A DNA stretch of 63,513 bases from a virus (IMGVR_UViG_2585427777_000008:1-63513), one strand, 5' to 3'; numbered from the stretch's first letter, positions 1-9,663 are shown. Numbers and translations are program-made. The notes: generated from the sequence alone by a model not told the origin.

Positions 1-1079
1 GCCCCGGCCTGACCTACGCCAAGCTGTCCTGGCTGCAAGCCTGGCACATCCGCGACGAAACCTATTCGGCGGCCTTGGCCGAGCTGGTCAACCACCAGTA
101 TCGCCACGCCTTTGCCGCCCACTGGGGCGACGGCACGACCTCATCCTCCGATGGCCAGCGCTTCCGCGCGGGTGGCCGGGGCGAGAGCACCGGGCACGTC
201 AACCCGAAGTACGGTAGCGAGCCGGGACGGCTGTTCTATACCCATATCTCCGACCAGTACGCGCCGTTCAGCACCCGCGTGGTGAATGTCGGCGTCCGCG
301 ATTCCACCTATGTGCTCGACAGCCTGCTGTACCACGAGTCCGACCTGCGGATCGAGGAGCACTACACCGACACGGCCGGCTTCACCGATCACGTCTTTGC
401 CCTGATGCACCTGCTAGGCTTCCGCTTCGCGCCGCGCATCCGCGACCTCGGCGAAACCAAGCTGTACGTGCCGCAGGGCGTGCAAGCCTACCCGACGTTG
501 CGCCCGCTGATCGGCGGCACCCTGAACATCAAGCACGTGCGTGCCCACTGGGACGACATCCTGCGCCTGGCCAGCTCGATCAAGCAGGGCACCGTCACCG
601 CCTCGCTGATGCTGCGCAAGCTCGGCAGCTACCCGCGCCAGAACGGACTGGCCGTGGCCCTGCGCGAGCTGGGCCGGATCGAGCGCACGCTGTTCATCCT
701 GGACTGGCTGCAAAGTGTTGAACTGCGCCGCCGCGTGCATGCCGGCCTGAACAAAGGTGAGGCGCGCAACTCGCTGGCCAGGGCGGTGTTCTTCAACCGC
801 CTTGGGGAAATCAGGGATCGGAGCTTCGAGCAGCAGCGCTACCGGGCCAGCGGCCTCAACCTGGTGACGGCGGCTATCGTGCTGTGGAACACGGTGTACC
901 TGGAACGCGCCACCCAGGGGTTGGTCGAGGCCGGCAAGCCGGTGGACGGCGAGCTGCTGCAATTCCTGTCGCCGCTGGGCTGGGAGCACATCAACCTAAC
1001 CGGCGATTACGTCTGGCGGCAGAGCCGCAGACTGGAAGACGGGAAGTTTCGGCCCTTACGGATGCCCGGAAAACCTTAG
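1..1079 (+). CDS. tnpA: Tn3-family transposase TnpA, C-terminal portion (gene begins upstream of the window)
   Basis: Frame is open from the window edge to a TAG at 1077-1079. GC-rich unlike the rest of the window. Translation resembles the C-terminal region of Tn21/Tn501-group transposases and ends inside the terminal inverted repeat. Confidence 0.85.
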   Translation, partial: PGLTYAKLSWLQAWHIRDETYSAALAELVNHQYRHAFAAHWGDGTTSSSDGQRFRAGGRGESTGHVNPKYGSEPGRLFYTHISDQYAPFSTRVVNVGVRDSTYVLDSLLYHESDLRIEEHYTDTAGFTDHVFALMHLLGFRFAPRIRDLGETKLYVPQGVQAYPTLRPLIGGTLNIKHVRAHWDDILRLASSIKQGTVTASLMLRKLGSYPRQNGLAVALRELGRIERTLFILDWLQSVELRRRVHAGLNKGEARNSLARAVFFNRLGEIRDRSFEQQRYRASGLNLVTAAIVLWNTVYLERATQGLVEAGKPVDGELLQFLSPLGWEHINLTGDYVWRQSRRLEDGKFRPLRMPGKP

Positions 1080-1112
1080 CGTACGATTTTTTCCGAATTC
1101 TGCGGGCTCCCC
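1075..1112. repeat. 38-bp terminal inverted repeat of a Tn3-family transposon (outer end GGGG at 1109-1112)
   Basis: Reverse complement reads GGGGAGCCCGCAGAATTCGGAAAAAATCGTACGCTAAG, the canonical 38-bp Tn3-family IR shape (GGGG...ACGCTAAG). Sharp GC drop immediately after 1112. Confidence 0.8.
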
Positions 1113-1244
1113 TTAAAACAATTTTCCTCAATAGTTAAGTCAAACATCCCGGCGTTAATTGTTAACTGGTTAACGTCACCGGGAGGCACCCGGCACCGCA
1201 ATCTAACAGCAATGGCGTTTTGTCTTAAAAGGTAGCTGCAAGTG

Positions 1245-1373
1245 ATGGATTTTTGGGCCTTTGCCGATAAGAACCCTGGTTGGACATTTTTATTTCTGCT
1301 GGTGGTTGCATATGGGATCGAGCAAGCGGCAAAAGCCTTACGCGGTTCTGGCAAAAAGCGTAAGCGGAATTAA
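1245..1373 (+). CDS. possible small hydrophobic peptide (42 aa)
   Basis: ATG at 1245 to TAA at 1371-1373; translation MDFWAFADKNPGWTFLFLLVVAYGIEQAAKALRGSGKKRKRN has a hydrophobic core and basic tail. Below the ORF-track size cutoff; no family assignment. Confidence 0.2.
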   Translation: MDFWAFADKNPGWTFLFLLVVAYGIEQAAKALRGSGKKRKRN

Positions 1374-1382
1374 CAGTAATCT

Positions 1383-1458
1383 GGCCCTTTAGCTCAGTGG
1401 TTAGAGCTGGCGACTCATAATCGCACGGTCACCGGTTCAAGTCCGGTAGGGGCCACCA
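1383..1458 (+). tRNA. tRNA with CAU anticodon (closest in shape to enterobacterial tRNA-Ile2/lysidine type; elongator Met not excluded)
   Basis: 76-nt cloverleaf: acceptor GGCCCTT/AGGGGCC, D-arm GCTCAGTGGTTAGAGC, anticodon loop CTCATAA (CAT at 34-36), T-arm ACCGG/TTCAAGT/CCGGT, discriminator A, encoded CCA. G1-C72 pair argues against initiator tRNA. Confidence 0.85.
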
Positions 1459-1911
1459 TATTTGGTTGTAACACGGCGTATGGCACATGCGTCGTTAGCG
1501 GTCTGGTGACGTTAAAGGGGTTAACTTTTCCCCTAGCTCAGGCAACAAACCAGGTAGCCGGAATGTGCAAGCCCCGTTCATATCGTCGGACCGAGGACTC
1601 ACCATCCTGGCGATTCGGTGTGACAGCCGGAAGAGTACGGCGCACAACAGGAAAAGGCGTTTAATTAGCGTGAGCGCCGTTTCCGTTGTGGTAATTGCGG
1701 CTATGCGCTCGTGACGAAGCCATTTTCATTCACTACGTTCTGATAAGTGACGTCGCCAGGAGTGGCTAACCTGGCAGGTGGAGGCACCACCGCCACAACT
1801 CCTTTCAATTCATCATATAGCCGCTCAGGCTGTAACCCTTAATTAATACGAAGTTTCGACATCTCTATCGGTTTAACCGAGGGATGGTCGCGCGTGTAAA
1901 AAGGAGACGTT

Positions 1912-2487
1912 ATGTTAACGGCGAACGATAACGCGTATGCAGAAGCAGATCTCATATTGAGTGACTTCATCGGTCAGCGGGAACGCTGGACACAAAAGCG
2001 AGAGGAACTTTATGCCTCGTTAGTTCGCAAAGGTGTCAACATTGAAACCGCTCAAAGCGGCGATATGACGGTAGTCAGTGTTGGATTACATGGTGTGAGC
2101 GTGTCCGCAGCCAATCATGAGCCATACGTAGCGTTATCCGAGTCGATGGCAAGGCTAATTAAGTTTCTGAAGCAAACAGAAGCCAATAATGTTTTCATCG
2201 CCAAAAAGAACATCAATTTTTCTGCCGCCATGTTCTGGATGATGAAGGGGCTGGATGCCCGCCGGGCATCATGGCCTAAAGGGAGCTATTTATCGATGTT
2301 CCGTGGCAGTATTGGCAGTAAAGAAAAGCTCGTCGAATTCCTGCCTGAAGAAGCATTCGATATTGTGGAAGGGTGCGATGTGATGGTTATGCCTCGGCTG
2401 GTAATGATGAATGGAGACTTACAGGCACAGACAGACTGGTTCGCCACTGGCGTGGATATTATCGCGACTGACTGGGAGGCATTCTGA
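1912..2487 (+). CDS. hypothetical protein
   Basis: 191-aa ORF with RBS-like AAGGAG upstream; stop overlaps the start of the next ORF (ATGA at 2484-2487). Confidence 0.5.
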   Translation: MLTANDNAYAEADLILSDFIGQRERWTQKREELYASLVRKGVNIETAQSGDMTVVSVGLHGVSVSAANHEPYVALSESMARLIKFLKQTEANNVFIAKKNINFSAAMFWMMKGLDARRASWPKGSYLSMFRGSIGSKEKLVEFLPEEAFDIVEGCDVMVMPRLVMMNGDLQAQTDWFATGVDIIATDWEAF

Positions 2488-2879
2488 TGTACGAGACTAC
2501 AAAATTAAGCATTCACGAAGTCTCCAATGTGGAGTGGAATATCGTCACCTGTAAGATTGTATCGTGTAATGCTACGCGTACTGATGCAGGCCATAAGAGC
2601 ACGATAACAGGCTACATGGTAATGGCTTATAGGGGATTGAGAGTTCGCTTTATCTGGAAAGCTCGGCAATTGACACCATTCAGAGAGCCGTCAATGCCAT
2701 TAGAGGTAGAACAGGATTATTTAAGCCTGCCGGAAATAGACGGTGCAACGCTGGTGGATTCTGATGGTCGTAAGGCTGATTTTGAAGTCAGCTTAAAGGT
2801 GGCGCAGGCCGTAATTAATAACTCACGTGGTAAGTGGATCGCTAAGGTAAAACACGTCGTTCGCTTATCTCGCTGGTAG
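2487..2879 (+). CDS. hypothetical protein
   Basis: 130-aa ORF translationally coupled to the upstream ORF. Confidence 0.5.
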   Translation: MYETTKLSIHEVSNVEWNIVTCKIVSCNATRTDAGHKSTITGYMVMAYRGLRVRFIWKARQLTPFREPSMPLEVEQDYLSLPEIDGATLVDSDGRKADFEVSLKVAQAVINNSRGKWIAKVKHVVRLSRW

Positions 2880-2909
2880 TGTTAGATGAATGGAATTAAT
2901 TTTCTAATA
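2880..2909. promoter_or_regulatory. operator-like inverted pair TGTTAGA-N16-TCTAATA
   Basis: Member of the dispersed TTCTAACA motif family; sits directly upstream of the 2988 ORF. Confidence 0.4.
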
Positions 2910-2987
2910 TAACCAACTTTTTGCCAGTCTATACAGAAATAACATTCTCATTATCATCCCCTCGGTCATTTCCTGCCTGGGGGATTA

Positions 2988-3380
2988 ATGGAGCATATCA
3001 GCAGCGCAGAAATTGCGGATATCATGATTAGGGCTGACTGCTATCTGACAGTCACCGAAATCACCACTCTAGCTAAAGAAAAATATCCTCACCTTCATGT
3101 TTCACGCGTAAGTGTAACCAACATCATTCGGCATTTTGTGCGGTCAAGCCGAGCTATTTGTGAGCTTGATGATCGTGTTTACCCACGGAAATACTGGTTG
3201 CATGGCCTGAACGGATATCAGTTCAAGGTGCGCGGGCGCACGCCTGAATACGGTAGCTTACTGGTTAAAAACTGTAGCAGGAAATCAGTCGAACAGGCGC
3301 GAAAAGAGCAACGAGAGCTGGTGGACATGGCGAATAAGCTGTGGAATGCCGCCGTTAAAAAGCGTGGTGTTGCTTTATGA
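2988..3380 (+). CDS. hypothetical protein; candidate late-promoter activator by position (Lpa-like)
   Basis: 130-aa ORF immediately upstream of pacA, preceded by an operator-like motif, as for lpa in P1. Assignment is by synteny only. Confidence 0.4.
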   Translation: MEHISSAEIADIMIRADCYLTVTEITTLAKEKYPHLHVSRVSVTNIIRHFVRSSRAICELDDRVYPRKYWLHGLNGYQFKVRGRTPEYGSLLVKNCSRKSVEQARKEQRELVDMANKLWNAAVKKRGVAL

Positions 3381-4741
3381 GTCTGGTTAATTGGGAGGAG
3401 CACCGCGCCCGCTTTATAGCGTTGCGTGAAGAAAAAGGGATCACTGTAAAGGAATACTGTGAGGAGCATGGCCTTAGCTTCAATACAGCCAGAAAGCATC
3501 TCAATATGAAAAAAAATGAGGTGCGGTCGCAGGTAAAGACAACAAAAAAAAGCACCAAATCACCTGAAAAAAAACGGGCGGGAAGAGCAACAAAAAAGCT
3601 GGAAGAGGGTGCAGAAAAAACAAAATTTACAGAAATTGACAATTCGCAGGGTGCAGGTTCTTTCCGAAGTATGCCAAGAAAGAAAACTTCGGATCATGAC
3701 AATAATACCAATAATAACAATGAGATAAAAGAATCTGTCAGGAGATCATGGCGCAAAAAAATGGCAAAAATGACCCCCGCCGAAGATAAATGCGCTTCAA
3801 AAACCGAGGGATCTTCAGCAATGATCCCTGGCGGTGCTGTGCAGCGTGCCACGTTGCCCACTACGAGTGTGGCTCGCGACATGATGAAGAACGGCGCAGA
3901 AGAGCACCTGCGGTTAGCAATTCAAATGGCGCAAGAACGCGCACTTCAGTACCAAAGCATTGTTGATCAGGAGGCCGAACGCCTACAGGCGGAGATAGAC
4001 GCCCTGGGTGATCAGCAGCCAGAAGGAATGCACCCTGGGCAGCGACTGCTCGGTCTAATCAGTGACGCGGCCTACTACATGAACGATTTTATCAGTAGGT
4101 TGGCAGCGATATATCAGTCCGAACAAAAGCTGCGACAGGGTGATGAAAAACTTCGTCAGGGTGCTCGCCAGCAAGCATTCAGAGAGGCCGAGGCCAAAGA
4201 AAAACTCGAATTAGCACGCCTACAGGCCGAACAGCGTGGCAAAGAGATTGAATATCGCATTGGCGCTGACGCACGCGCAGCCAGAGTTATCGCCGCCGCT
4301 ATACGTATGCGTGAGCGCGAGGAGCTGGACGATATCGGTGTTGCTGAATACATCGAGCGTCAGGGTGTCAGTGTTCCGGCTATCCTCGCGGCGCGCGCGG
4401 CGAAAGCTATCACTCTTCTCGAGCCTCCAGTTTCTGACATCAATGATGTTGATGATGAACAGCTGGACAAAGAAGCGAAGGAGTTTGCATCGCTTCAGGC
4501 TAACCATCCGCAATGGCTGGCAGAGCGCCGGGCGGATGTGGCAACCATTGTTGAAGATCTGGGGTGCGGAGATTACGACCACAATGGCGAGCGTAAGGCT
4601 GGGGAATTCGAGGCCAACGACGAAGAGTTGGATATTGACCCTTCGGCTACGGCTGAAATTTACGGTGATTATGATGCATCAGACGCAGGATATGACGCCG
4701 GAGATGATGATATCGCGATAGAACCGCCGGAGGACGACTAA
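3377..4741 (+). CDS. pacA: terminase small subunit PacA-like
   Basis: 454 aa with an N-terminal HTH-like region, central charged coiled region and acidic C-terminal tail; overlaps pacB start (ATGA at 4738-4741). P1 PacA-like architecture. Confidence 0.7.
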   Translation: MSLVNWEEHRARFIALREEKGITVKEYCEEHGLSFNTARKHLNMKKNEVRSQVKTTKKSTKSPEKKRAGRATKKLEEGAEKTKFTEIDNSQGAGSFRSMPRKKTSDHDNNTNNNNEIKESVRRSWRKKMAKMTPAEDKCASKTEGSSAMIPGGAVQRATLPTTSVARDMMKNGAEEHLRLAIQMAQERALQYQSIVDQEAERLQAEIDALGDQQPEGMHPGQRLLGLISDAAYYMNDFISRLAAIYQSEQKLRQGDEKLRQGARQQAFREAEAKEKLELARLQAEQRGKEIEYRIGADARAARVIAAAIRMREREELDDIGVAEYIERQGVSVPAILAARAAKAITLLEPPVSDINDVDDEQLDKEAKEFASLQANHPQWLAERRADVATIVEDLGCGDYDHNGERKAGEFEANDEELDIDPSATAEIYGDYDASDAGYDAGDDDIAIEPPEDD

Positions 4742-6249
4742 TGGCTGGTGGGCGCAAGATTAAATGCGTCACCAGCGATCCACGCTGGCGCGATATGGTA
4801 ATCAAATACCGCTACAACTTTACCCAGGCTGTTGTTGATATTTTCGGGATGTTTCCCTCCCACCAGCAGCAGGAGATTATCCAGTCCGTACAGCAAAAAG
4901 GGAGCAGAACCACTGTTACTTCTGGTCACGGTACAGGGAAATCGTCGTTAACGGCTATGTTGTTGCTGATTTATTTGATTCTGTTCCCCGATGCCCGTGT
5001 CATCATTGTTGCTAACAAGATAGGCCAGGTTAAAACAGGCGTATTCAAATACGTTAAACAGTATTGGGCGAATGCAGTTAAGCGTCACGGATGGTTACAG
5101 ACCTATTTTGTCCTGTCTGACACCATGTTTTATGAACGTTCCCGCAAAGGGATCTGGGAAGTTCTCTGCAAAGGTTATCGACTCGGTAACGAAGAAGCAC
5201 TGGCGGGGGGGCACGCGGCACATTTGCTTCTAATTCTGGATGAAGCATCAGGTATATCTGATAAAGCGATCGGCGTAATGACTGGCGCTCTGACTGAAGA
5301 AGATAACCGAATGTTGATGCTATCCCAGCCAACAAGGCCAAGTGGTTATTTCTACGATTCGCACCATTCTCAAGCTAAAACCCCAGACAACCCGAAAGGG
5401 ATCTGGACAGCAATTGTTCTTAACTCAGAAGAATCACCGTTCGTCACACCACAATTCATCAGGCAGAAACTCCTGGAATATGGCGGGCGAGATTCTATTG
5501 AGTACATGGTAAAGGTGCTTGGTCAGTTCCCTAGGGAGATTAACGGCTATTTGCTTGGTCGTGATGAATGCGATCGCGCTGCGCGGCGCAAGGTGTTGTT
5601 GGAGAAAAACTGGGGATGGGTGGCTACTGCTGACGTTGGTAACGGGCGAGACAAGTCAGTTCTTAATATCTGTAAAGTGTCTGGTCACCGGGAAAAGCGG
5701 CGTGTTGTTAACTTTAAGGTAATGGAAATGCCAGGGACTATGGACCCGCTGGCTTTTGCTGACTTTATATACAACGAATGCACGCCGGATAAATACCCGA
5801 ATATTACAATCGCGGTTGACGCAGACGGTTTTGGTTCAGATACCTGTGCGCAGCTGGTGCGCCGTGGGGCTAATCCGGTACGGATTCGGTGGGGGAAACC
5901 CATGTTTTCGAACAAAGACAAGGAGCGTTTTGTTAACCAGCGTGCCTACGCAAATATTATGGCTCGTGATGCCATAAAGTCAGGTCGTATGCGAATAGAC
6001 AGCGACCCTAAAACGGCAGAGCAAGCGTCAAAAATCCCCTTTTTACTTAATGAAGAAGGGAAGATGGCGATGATGCGCAAGGAGCACATGCGGCAAAAGC
6101 TGAACATCAAATCACCTGACCGATGGGATACCTACTGCTTTACAATGCTGGTGGACTATGTTCCTGCTAATGAAGATATCGGCGCTGAAATGGCTACCTT
6201 CCGCGATCAGGTTCTTGCAGATGTAGAAATGCCAGATCTGGATATTTGA
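4741..6249 (+). CDS. pacB: terminase large subunit PacB-like
   Basis: 502 aa with Walker A (SGHGTGKSS), Walker B (LLILDEASG) and a C-terminal Asp-rich nuclease-like region (VDADGFG). Confidence 0.8.
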   Translation: MAGGRKIKCVTSDPRWRDMVIKYRYNFTQAVVDIFGMFPSHQQQEIIQSVQQKGSRTTVTSGHGTGKSSLTAMLLLIYLILFPDARVIIVANKIGQVKTGVFKYVKQYWANAVKRHGWLQTYFVLSDTMFYERSRKGIWEVLCKGYRLGNEEALAGGHAAHLLLILDEASGISDKAIGVMTGALTEEDNRMLMLSQPTRPSGYFYDSHHSQAKTPDNPKGIWTAIVLNSEESPFVTPQFIRQKLLEYGGRDSIEYMVKVLGQFPREINGYLLGRDECDRAARRKVLLEKNWGWVATADVGNGRDKSVLNICKVSGHREKRRVVNFKVMEMPGTMDPLAFADFIYNECTPDKYPNITIAVDADGFGSDTCAQLVRRGANPVRIRWGKPMFSNKDKERFVNQRAYANIMARDAIKSGRMRIDSDPKTAEQASKIPFLLNEEGKMAMMRKEHMRQKLNIKSPDRWDTYCFTMLVDYVPANEDIGAEMATFRDQVLADVEMPDLDI

Positions 6250-6294
6250 CATCCTCCACGCCCTGAAGGACGGGGTTTTACGGCGCACCGGATA

Positions 6295-6316
6295 AAGCCC
6301 CGGCAATGCGGGGCTT
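6295..6316. terminator. GC-rich hairpin between convergent pacB and c1-like genes
   Basis: AAGCCCCG-GCAATG-CGGGGCTT stem-loop in the 70-bp gap between two convergent stops; T-run is weak. Confidence 0.4.
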
Positions 6317-6320
6317 GTGA

Positions 6321-7358
6321 TTACCAGAGTTTAGCGGCGTGCTGTGTTTGGGAGAAAGTGAACCCGTAACGTTCTTCTATGGTTTTACCGTATCTTTTCC
6401 GCGCGTCTGTCAGTTTTATGCCTGTCAGGTCATCTCCGGATGTCATCATTACGTCTAACAACTCCAGATCCATTTTATTCAGTCTCGCCATCGCTTCGCG
6501 TGCTGTCTGTATTTTACGCTCAATGATATGGCGAATAGCCGGATCGGCTTCCTCAAGCATTTTGGCTGATTTGTTCTTTAAGCTCTCATTGCGGATGTCG
6601 ATGTTTCGCAAGATGTATGACTTCGCAACATAGCTTGGTTGGTGTTTCTCCAGATCGCGAACGCGATAGAGACTAAAGTCACCAAGCAGGCCGCAAGGTA
6701 TCGACTCAACCCCAGAATAAATAGTAATGCTGCGACGTTCGCCGACATTATTAACAACGGGCACTGTGGTGTTCGGAAGTTTTGCGAACACTAAGGCTCC
6801 GTGTGCGCCTACCCTGAATCGTGACAGAGCATTGCTGCCTTCAATGTTTGTTGTAAGCACTACATCTGTGTATCCATCTTTGCGCGCCCGGTAAACTTCC
6901 CCTTCAGGTTCTGATGCGAAAAAACGGCGCTCTTCTTCAAGTGCACCAACAATCTGCGAAAATATCTTGTTTTTCAGGCTTTTCTTTATAATTGCATCAT
7001 ATTTTTTGAGCAGATTTTCGCGCGTAAATGAGCGGGTGGTGGTCGCGCTTTGCACAACAATATGCGTGCTTTGATTTGTGTCCTCGATAATGAATGGGAT
7101 CGGAGAATATACAGACTCAACAATGTTAGACGCTTTGCCGTCAGCGTTACGGCACAAGTCAACAAAGGCTTTCCATTCTGTGAGGCACTTTTCAGCTTCT
7201 TCTAGCACATTCTGATCATGTGTTAGTGCAACATGGCGGAATTCCTCGCCGGCATAACTGGTATCATGGAAAACAGAGTTTGCGACCACCAGCTCTTTCC
7301 ACCGTGCAGCGGTTTGCAGGAACCGTTTGTACTCTTTCTCGATCGACTTCTTACTCAT
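6321..7358 (-). CDS. putative C1-like immunity repressor (assignment by position)
   Basis: 345-aa ORF between pacB and the rox site, transcribed away from rox as c1 is in P1; operator-like motifs lie in its upstream region. No motif-level confirmation. Confidence 0.4.
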   Translation of the reverse strand: MSKKSIEKEYKRFLQTAARWKELVVANSVFHDTSYAGEEFRHVALTHDQNVLEEAEKCLTEWKAFVDLCRNADGKASNIVESVYSPIPFIIEDTNQSTHIVVQSATTTRSFTRENLLKKYDAIIKKSLKNKIFSQIVGALEEERRFFASEPEGEVYRARKDGYTDVVLTTNIEGSNALSRFRVGAHGALVFAKLPNTTVPVVNNVGERRSITIYSGVESIPCGLLGDFSLYRVRDLEKHQPSYVAKSYILRNIDIRNESLKNKSAKMLEEADPAIRHIIERKIQTAREAMARLNKMDLELLDVMMTSGDDLTGIKLTDARKRYGKTIEERYGFTFSQTQHAAKLW

Positions 7359-7376
7359 TATTCCTACTCGATTTAG

Positions 7377-7386
7377 TTTTCTAACA
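7377..7386. promoter_or_regulatory. operator-like motif TTTTCTAACA
   Basis: 19 bp upstream of the c1-like start codon; dispersed motif family. Confidence 0.4.
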
Positions 7387-7461
7387 TAAAATTACTATGA
7401 CAAATCTATGCCGAATAACAGGGTGAGTAAAGGATCAAGATGTGTTTTTTTATCATCAAAT

Positions 7462-7471
7462 TTAGAAAATT
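7462..7471. promoter_or_regulatory. operator-like motif (inverted orientation, TTAGAAAATT)
   Basis: Second copy in the c1-like upstream region; a third copy (AATTTCTAAC, 7554-7563) overlaps the left arm of rox. Confidence 0.3.
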
Positions 7472-7559
7472 CCGCTTAAAAACTGCCTGGCATAACTTAA
7501 AGCCCACACCAGCAATGCATTGCCCATCTGCGCGGAAAGGAAAAAATTTCCTAAATTTC

Positions 7560-7591
7560 TAACTTTAAATAATTGGCATTATTTAAAGTTA
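7560..7591. other. rox: rox-type site-specific recombination site (Dre target)
   Basis: TAACTTTAAATAATTGGCATTATTTAAAGTTA: perfect 14-bp inverted arms around a 4-bp core; its reverse complement is the rox sequence described for phage D6. Lies 150 bp upstream of the recombinase gene. Confidence 0.85.
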
Positions 7592-7743
7592 GGCTATAAT
7601 CATGTGTAGATGAACAGTGTTGACATCACTGAAAATACGTGCCTCGAATCAAAGGCTTGTATTTTGAAAATTAACTTATAGCTACCCTGTCATTTTTATA
7701 TTTTTCGCGTAGCGTCATCTGTATATAGAGGTCAAATAGTTTC

Positions 7744-8772
7744 ATGAGTGAATTAATTATCTCTGGCAGTTCCGGTGGTTTTCTGCGCAACATTGGCAAA
7801 GAGTACCAGGAAGCCGCAGAAAACTTTATGCGGTTCATGAATGACCAGGGAGCTTATGCGCCGAATACTCTGCGCGACCTCCGTTTGGTGTTTCATTCCT
7901 GGGCGCGCTGGTGTCACGCTCGCCAGCTTGCCTGGTTTCCGATCTCACCAGAAATGGCCCGCGAGTATTTTCTTCAGCTGCATGATGCCGATCTGGCTTC
8001 GACCACCATTGATAAGCACTACGCCATGCTGAACATGCTGCTTTCGCATTGTGGCCTTCCACCACTTTCGGATGATAAAAGTGTTTCTCTGGCTATGCGG
8101 CGCATCCGGCGCGAAGCGGCAACTGAAAAAGGCGAACGAACAGGCCAGGCTATACCGCTGCGGTGGGACGATCTGAAACTGCTCGACGTCCTGCTGTCCA
8201 GGTCAGAACGGCTGGTGGATCTGCGCAACCGGGCTTTTCTCTTTGTTGCATACAATACGCTGATGCGTATGTCGGAAATCTCGCGTATTCGTGTAGGAGA
8301 TCTGGACCAAACAGGTGACACTGTCACGCTACATATTTCACACACGAAGACAATAACGACCGCCGCCGGGCTTGATAAGGTGCTTTCCCGTCGCACTACC
8401 GCTGTGCTGAATGACTGGCTGGATGTTTCCGGGCTTCGCGAACATCCTGACGCAGTGCTGTTCCCGCCGATACACCGTAGCAATAAGGCCAGGATCACGA
8501 CAACGCCCCTTACTGCACCTGCAATGGAGAAAATATTCAGCGACGCCTGGGTGTTGCTGAATAAAAGAGATGCTACGCCAAACAAAGGAAGATACCGGAC
8601 GTGGACCGGGCATAGTGCACGCGTCGGGGCCGCTATTGATATGGCTGAAAAGCAGGTGTCTATGGTGGAGATCATGCAGGAAGGAACCTGGAAGAAACCG
8701 GAAACACTTATGCGGTATCTTCGCCGTGGCGGCGTGTCTGTGGGGGCTAATAGCCGCCTGATGGACTCGTAA
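7744..8772 (+). CDS. dre: Cre-family tyrosine recombinase, Dre-like
   Basis: 342 aa colinear with Cre: conserved SLAMRRIRRE, AYNTLMRMSEI, GHSARVGAAIDMA and C-terminal Tyr region (ETLMRYLRR). Adjacent rox site. Confidence 0.9.
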   Translation: MSELIISGSSGGFLRNIGKEYQEAAENFMRFMNDQGAYAPNTLRDLRLVFHSWARWCHARQLAWFPISPEMAREYFLQLHDADLASTTIDKHYAMLNMLLSHCGLPPLSDDKSVSLAMRRIRREAATEKGERTGQAIPLRWDDLKLLDVLLSRSERLVDLRNRAFLFVAYNTLMRMSEISRIRVGDLDQTGDTVTLHISHTKTITTAAGLDKVLSRRTTAVLNDWLDVSGLREHPDAVLFPPIHRSNKARITTTPLTAPAMEKIFSDAWVLLNKRDATPNKGRYRTWTGHSARVGAAIDMAEKQVSMVEIMQEGTWKKPETLMRYLRRGGVSVGANSRLMDS

Positions 8773-8778
8773 ATTAAA

Positions 8779-8788
8779 TTTCTAACAC
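8779..8788. promoter_or_regulatory. operator-like motif TTTCTAACAC
   Basis: Immediately after the dre stop and upstream of the 8846 ORF. Confidence 0.35.
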
Positions 8789-8845
8789 ATCTTTTTAGAT
8801 TAACGCCTTTGCTGTAAAGTACCCTCGCCTATTTAGGAGGGTGCT

Positions 8846-9190
8846 TTGCAGAGTCAAATCACGGAATCAAGACGCTTCAAGGTGGATGGTTACACCGTAA
8901 CCTTCGCCGCTGGTGTTAAGAACAGTCATGCTGTCGTTGTGTTCGGCATCATGACCGGGCTTGAGGCCGTCCCTGTGTTTACCCTCGAAAAAAACTGGCG
9001 AAATCTGGAGGAAGCAGAAAGCTACGTCCGGAAAGTAACCATCATTGCCGCCGAAAAACTCCTGGCCCACTATCAGGAAAATTATCGCACTATGGTCGAG
9101 AAGATTAATCTCGCTTTCACTCGCCCCACTACCGGCTTTATTGCACCGGATACTAATGCAGGTCGATATCCGGCAAGGGGGCGTCGGTGA
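8846..9190 (+). CDS. hypothetical protein
   Basis: 114-aa ORF preceded by RBS-like GGAGG; overlaps the next ORF start. Confidence 0.4.
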   Translation: MQSQITESRRFKVDGYTVTFAAGVKNSHAVVVFGIMTGLEAVPVFTLEKNWRNLEEAESYVRKVTIIAAEKLLAHYQENYRTMVEKINLAFTRPTTGFIAPDTNAGRYPARGRR

Positions 9191-9663
9191 AAACTTATTA
9201 CCCATCTCTGAATTGTTACCCGTCTTCCTATCCAGAATTGTCCGGGAAGCTGTTAGCTCTATTAGCTAAAGCACCTACGGAATGGTTTAAGCCAGTCGTT
9301 ATCAATCCACACTTCCTGGATTACGGATCTGTTCGCACTCGTAACGAACTCAAAAACCTACTGGCGCATGGATTCATTCGACACCGTGCCGGGAAAGGCT
9401 ATCAGTTAGCGATTGCGCCAGACGAGGCCGTGCGGCTATTCGCATATCGTGACAGCCAGACAAAAGCTCGGGTAATAGCTCAAATACTTCATAACGGCAG
9501 CACCTATGCCCGCCAGTTTGGCGGCGACACGTCGCAGTTCTTGCGGGCGGTGCGATCGCTGGAGGAGCAAGGGGTTATTGAAAGTTCCTGTCTTCCTGTT
9601 CCTACCGTTCCACATATCAAACGTCGGGTTTACACCTTCACGCAGAGAGCTAAAAAACAATGA
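9187..9663 (+). CDS. hypothetical protein
   Basis: 158-aa ORF coupled to the flanking ORFs (overlapping stops and starts). Confidence 0.45.
   Translation: MKTYYPSLNCYPSSYPELSGKLLALLAKAPTEWFKPVVINPHFLDYGSVRTRNELKNLLAHGFIRHRAGKGYQLAIAPDEAVRLFAYRDSQTKARVIAQILHNGSTYARQFGGDTSQFLRAVRSLEEQGVIESSCLPVPTVPHIKRRVYTFTQRAKKQ

Noticed and set aside
141-989. Minus-strand ORFs 141..410 and 414..989 inside the transposase region
   Set aside because: Antisense to a well-supported transposase frame in GC-rich DNA, where long spurious ORFs are common.
1383-1458. tRNA gene as a chromosomal prophage attachment site
   Set aside because: No integrase or direct repeat of the tRNA 3' end was found; the tRNA is flanked by a transposon end and phage-plasmid genes, so it is more likely phage-encoded.
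3218-3642. Minus-strand ORFs 3218..3499 and 3355..3642 overlapping the lpa-like and pacA genes
   Set aside because: Antisense to coupled plus-strand genes; translations are Phe/Ser/Leu-rich strings typical of reverse-frame artefacts in A-rich coding DNA.
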